NCBI RefSeq assembly: GCF_006345805.1
Contig: NC_043004.1
Coordinates: 48,732,001-48,796,000 of the forward strand
Reading direction: 5' to 3'
Source: Octopus sinensis
Taxonomy: Eukaryota
Length of the DNA stretch: 64,000 nucleotides
In this document: positions 61,480-64,000 of the stretch, piece by piece
Layout: every line of letters starts with the position of its first letter
Position numbering within the stretch: position 1 is the first letter of the stretch
Made by a program: the position numbers and the translations under genes
Notes under the pieces: model-generated
What the model was told of the DNA's origin: nothing
What the model saw: only the letters and a program-made list of their open reading frames with translations
Database searches by the model: none

Positions 61480-62555
61480 AAAGTTAGATGAGGCACTTAG
61501 GACAGGCATCGTAACTGATGTGTTGGTGGTGAGATTGCCCTTCAACCAATTTTTCAACGCCAAACACAAAGGCTGCGTTGTCAGAGCTAAGGCATGTTCA
61601 CTAAGCGGGGAGGGAATGAAAGAGTCATGATGGGCCCACATGGTAGAGGTGAAAAGTGGCAATAAAGCCATCATTTGGTCTTTGGTGAACCAAAACGGAT
61701 GCATGGTGTTTGAGCCGAAATAGATGTGTGTGGCTTTTCAGATGTGTGAGGCTTTGCTTGATTGTTCGGGATGAATGGTAGGACAGATAACAGGGCAAAC
61801 TCCGGTGTCTACCCAGACAGCCTGGCACAACTCTCAGCGAGTGAGACAGAGTGCAGCGAAAGTCTGATAACAGCCACGGAGATACAGGAAGCGATGAAGA
61901 GTTGCACTAGATCACTGGGTTTGGATGGTCTGCCCTATGAGCTTTATATTTCAATGCCAGATTTGTTTGCGGGCCTGTTAGCAAACGTTTATTGCAACTA
62001 GCAGCAGAATGGGAGAATTCTCACTTTTGTCTGTCAAGGGGCAGTGTCACTGCTGAGAAAGGACTCAAACAAGGGGAACGTTATAGAGAATTTCAGGCCC
62101 ATCACTCTGCTGAATGCAGAGTTGAAGATTTTGGCCAAGGTGTTAGCCAAGAAGTTGGCACTTGTCGTGGACAAACTGGTTGGCGAGGCACAAACATGTG
62201 CCATCCCAGCCAGGAGTATTCACGATAACCGCCATCATAGAAAGATGGGTAATGATGCTGGCATGGGTGGGGCTCTGATCAGTTTTGATCAATCTAAAGC
62301 CTTTGATAGGGTCGACCATCAATACTTGGCAGCTGTCCTCAAGGCAGCTGGTTTTGGTCCTGTTTTCCATGGTTGGATTGCTGCTTTGTACAGCAGCATT
62401 TGCTTGGTTGTTCGGGTGAATGGTCACCTGTTGGAGCCATTCAGCATCTTGCATTCGGTGCGTCAAGATTGTCCTCTCTCTTCTTTTCTGTATGTACTCA
62501 CTCTTGAGTCATTACTGTGGAAGTTGGAGGTTTTGAGGGGTATCCTGAATGATCT
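61480..62555 (+). mobile_element. L1/Tx1-clade reverse transcriptase fragment
   Basis: KGCVVRAKA linker; GLDGLPYELY; FRPITLLNAELKILAKVL; AQTCAIPARSIHDN; DQSKAFDRVDH; VRQDCPLS. Confidence 0.88.
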
Positions 62556-63060
62556 AGGATGTGGAACAGAGGAATAGTGATGGCTGTCAGTTCCAAAAGC
62601 AACATCTCTGTGGATGGAATGCCACGTCATGTCTTAGATGTTTTTAGGATTGTTGCTTCGTCAGATGATGATTGTGGAGAGGAGGAAGAGAATGAGATTT
62701 CCAGCTTAAGAAGATCACAACATGCAAGATGCCCACCTGGGTGGGTGTTAGATTTCGACATGGAGTGAAGTGAAGAGGGGATCTTTGAGATCACGGGGGC
62801 GTGTGGGGATGAGCTGGAAAAAGAGAGTCATGACATCAATGGTCAAGGGACTGACCAAAAGAGGAAGTGAAAGAGGGGAAGTGGGGTGAAAATTGGCCTC
62901 TTCTTGCCCACCAGAGGCATTGTGAAGGGATGTTAGGGAATTTACACCTGGGTTGGTCAGATAGCAGTTGCTTATATTGGGTGACAGGGTAGGGCAGGAT
63001 CGCCAGAGAGATTACTGCTAGACAGGCAAAGACGAGAGAGGAAGGGAGGCGAACCACTTT
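62556..63060 (+). mobile_element. gypsy-type 3' end: integrase C-terminal region, purine tract and probable LTR
   Basis: WNRGIVMAV..ISVDGMPRHVLD..RRSQHARCPPGWVLDF; ACGGGGGCG followed by TGTGG at ~62802. Confidence 0.6.
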
Positions 63061-63400
63061 TCATTTCCCATGCATGACAATTTCTTAGTTCCAATATCTT
63101 TCAGCCACTTAGGGAGCTGTTTAGGTGTTGTGCCAAGTGCACCAATTACCACAGAAACAAATGTCACGTTCGTCTTCCACAATCTATTCATCTCTCTGGC
63201 TAGGCCTTGATATTTCTTAATTTTCCTAATTTGTTTGATATCTACTCTGCTATCATATGGTATTGCAAAATCTGTAATTTTTCATTATTTTTTCTTTGTC
63301 TTCCTTGCTTCAATAATATATACTGTCTCCTTGCCATGACTTCATGTGCTAGTTATAAATGATTGTCTCTATCCTACAAGCAATGTCTTTCATTTCCAGT
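63060..63400 (-). mobile_element. R4/Dong-type restriction-like endonuclease fragment
   Basis: ITDFAIPYDSRVDIKQIRKIKKYQGLAREMNRLWKTNVTFVSVVIGALG. Confidence 0.75.
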
Positions 63401-63409
63401 CTTCTATGA

Positions 63410-63770
63410 AAATATGTCTGGTCTTGGGAAATATTACCATATTTCTCTTCCACCTTTCCACAATCATCATCTGACAAAGCGACAATCCTATGAACATCTA
63501 AGACATGACACGGCATTCCATCCACAGAAATGTTGTTTTTGGAATTGACAGCCGTCACTATTCCTCTGTTCCACTGAGTTGTACAGGGTCCCTTCAGTGG
63601 CTTGACCCATACTTCATCTTCCACCTCCACAAAGAAGGGTGCTCACTCTTCAACAGGACATCTTGATGGTTTATTTGGATGCCACCATTCATATTTGAAG
63701 CATGTGAGAGCTGGTAACAAGAAGAGCCCCCCTGCTGTTGAAAACTTTGCCTCAAAAGTTATGTTCATCC
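63410..63770 (-). mobile_element. second copy of the gypsy integrase C-terminal region, inverted relative to 62556-62700
   Basis: EVWVKPLKGPCTTQWNRGIVTAVNSKNNISVDGMPCHVLDVHRIVALSDDDCG. Confidence 0.7.
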
Positions 63771-64000
63771 CATGAAGGCACTGAAAAGTGGACAGTAAAC
63801 GAATCATCCTCTAATGCCTGTTTCCTATGCTGGCATGAGTTGGACAGTCTGACAGAAGCTGGCCAGCCAGGGAGCTGTCTCGACTTCAATTATCTGTTTT
63901 GGCATGGCTTCTACAACTTGATACCCTTCCTAATGCCAACCAAATTACAGTGTGCTGGGTACTTTTTACAGGCCACCAGCATGGGTGCATTTAAGCAGCA

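Overview
This is an AT-rich eukaryotic window made almost entirely of repeats. The SINE families, RTE LINEs and very long (TA)n tracts point to a cephalopod, probably Octopus (inference, not a database result). I can support only one host protein-coding gene: an intronless, signal-peptide-bearing alpha-carbonic-anhydrase-fold ORF (18075-18956, +). It has lost the third Zn ligand and the E106/T199/H64 catalytic residues but keeps the structural motifs, so it looks like an acatalytic CA-related protein. A SINE trimer with a 16-bp TSD sits immediately before its ATG. The rest is mariner, hAT and piggyBac-type DNA elements, a MITE with 6-bp TSDs, RTE/Tx1/R4/Hero-type LINE fragments, two Penelope-like elements, Ty3/gypsy relics, three or more SINE families, microsatellites and a ~2.4 kb 18-bp minisatellite. 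The most unusual structure is a mariner (641-4495) carrying two head-to-tail gag(ORF1)-only elements inserted at a thrice-repeated 20-bp site just downstream of its TATA box. Their 3' end is shared with an abundant local SINE family, which suggests a mariner-targeting, SINE-linked retroelement system. A pair of co-oriented minimal hammerhead ribozyme motifs (8104-8138, 8869-8906) is also notable. All alignments were done by eye, and edges of decayed repeats are approximate.
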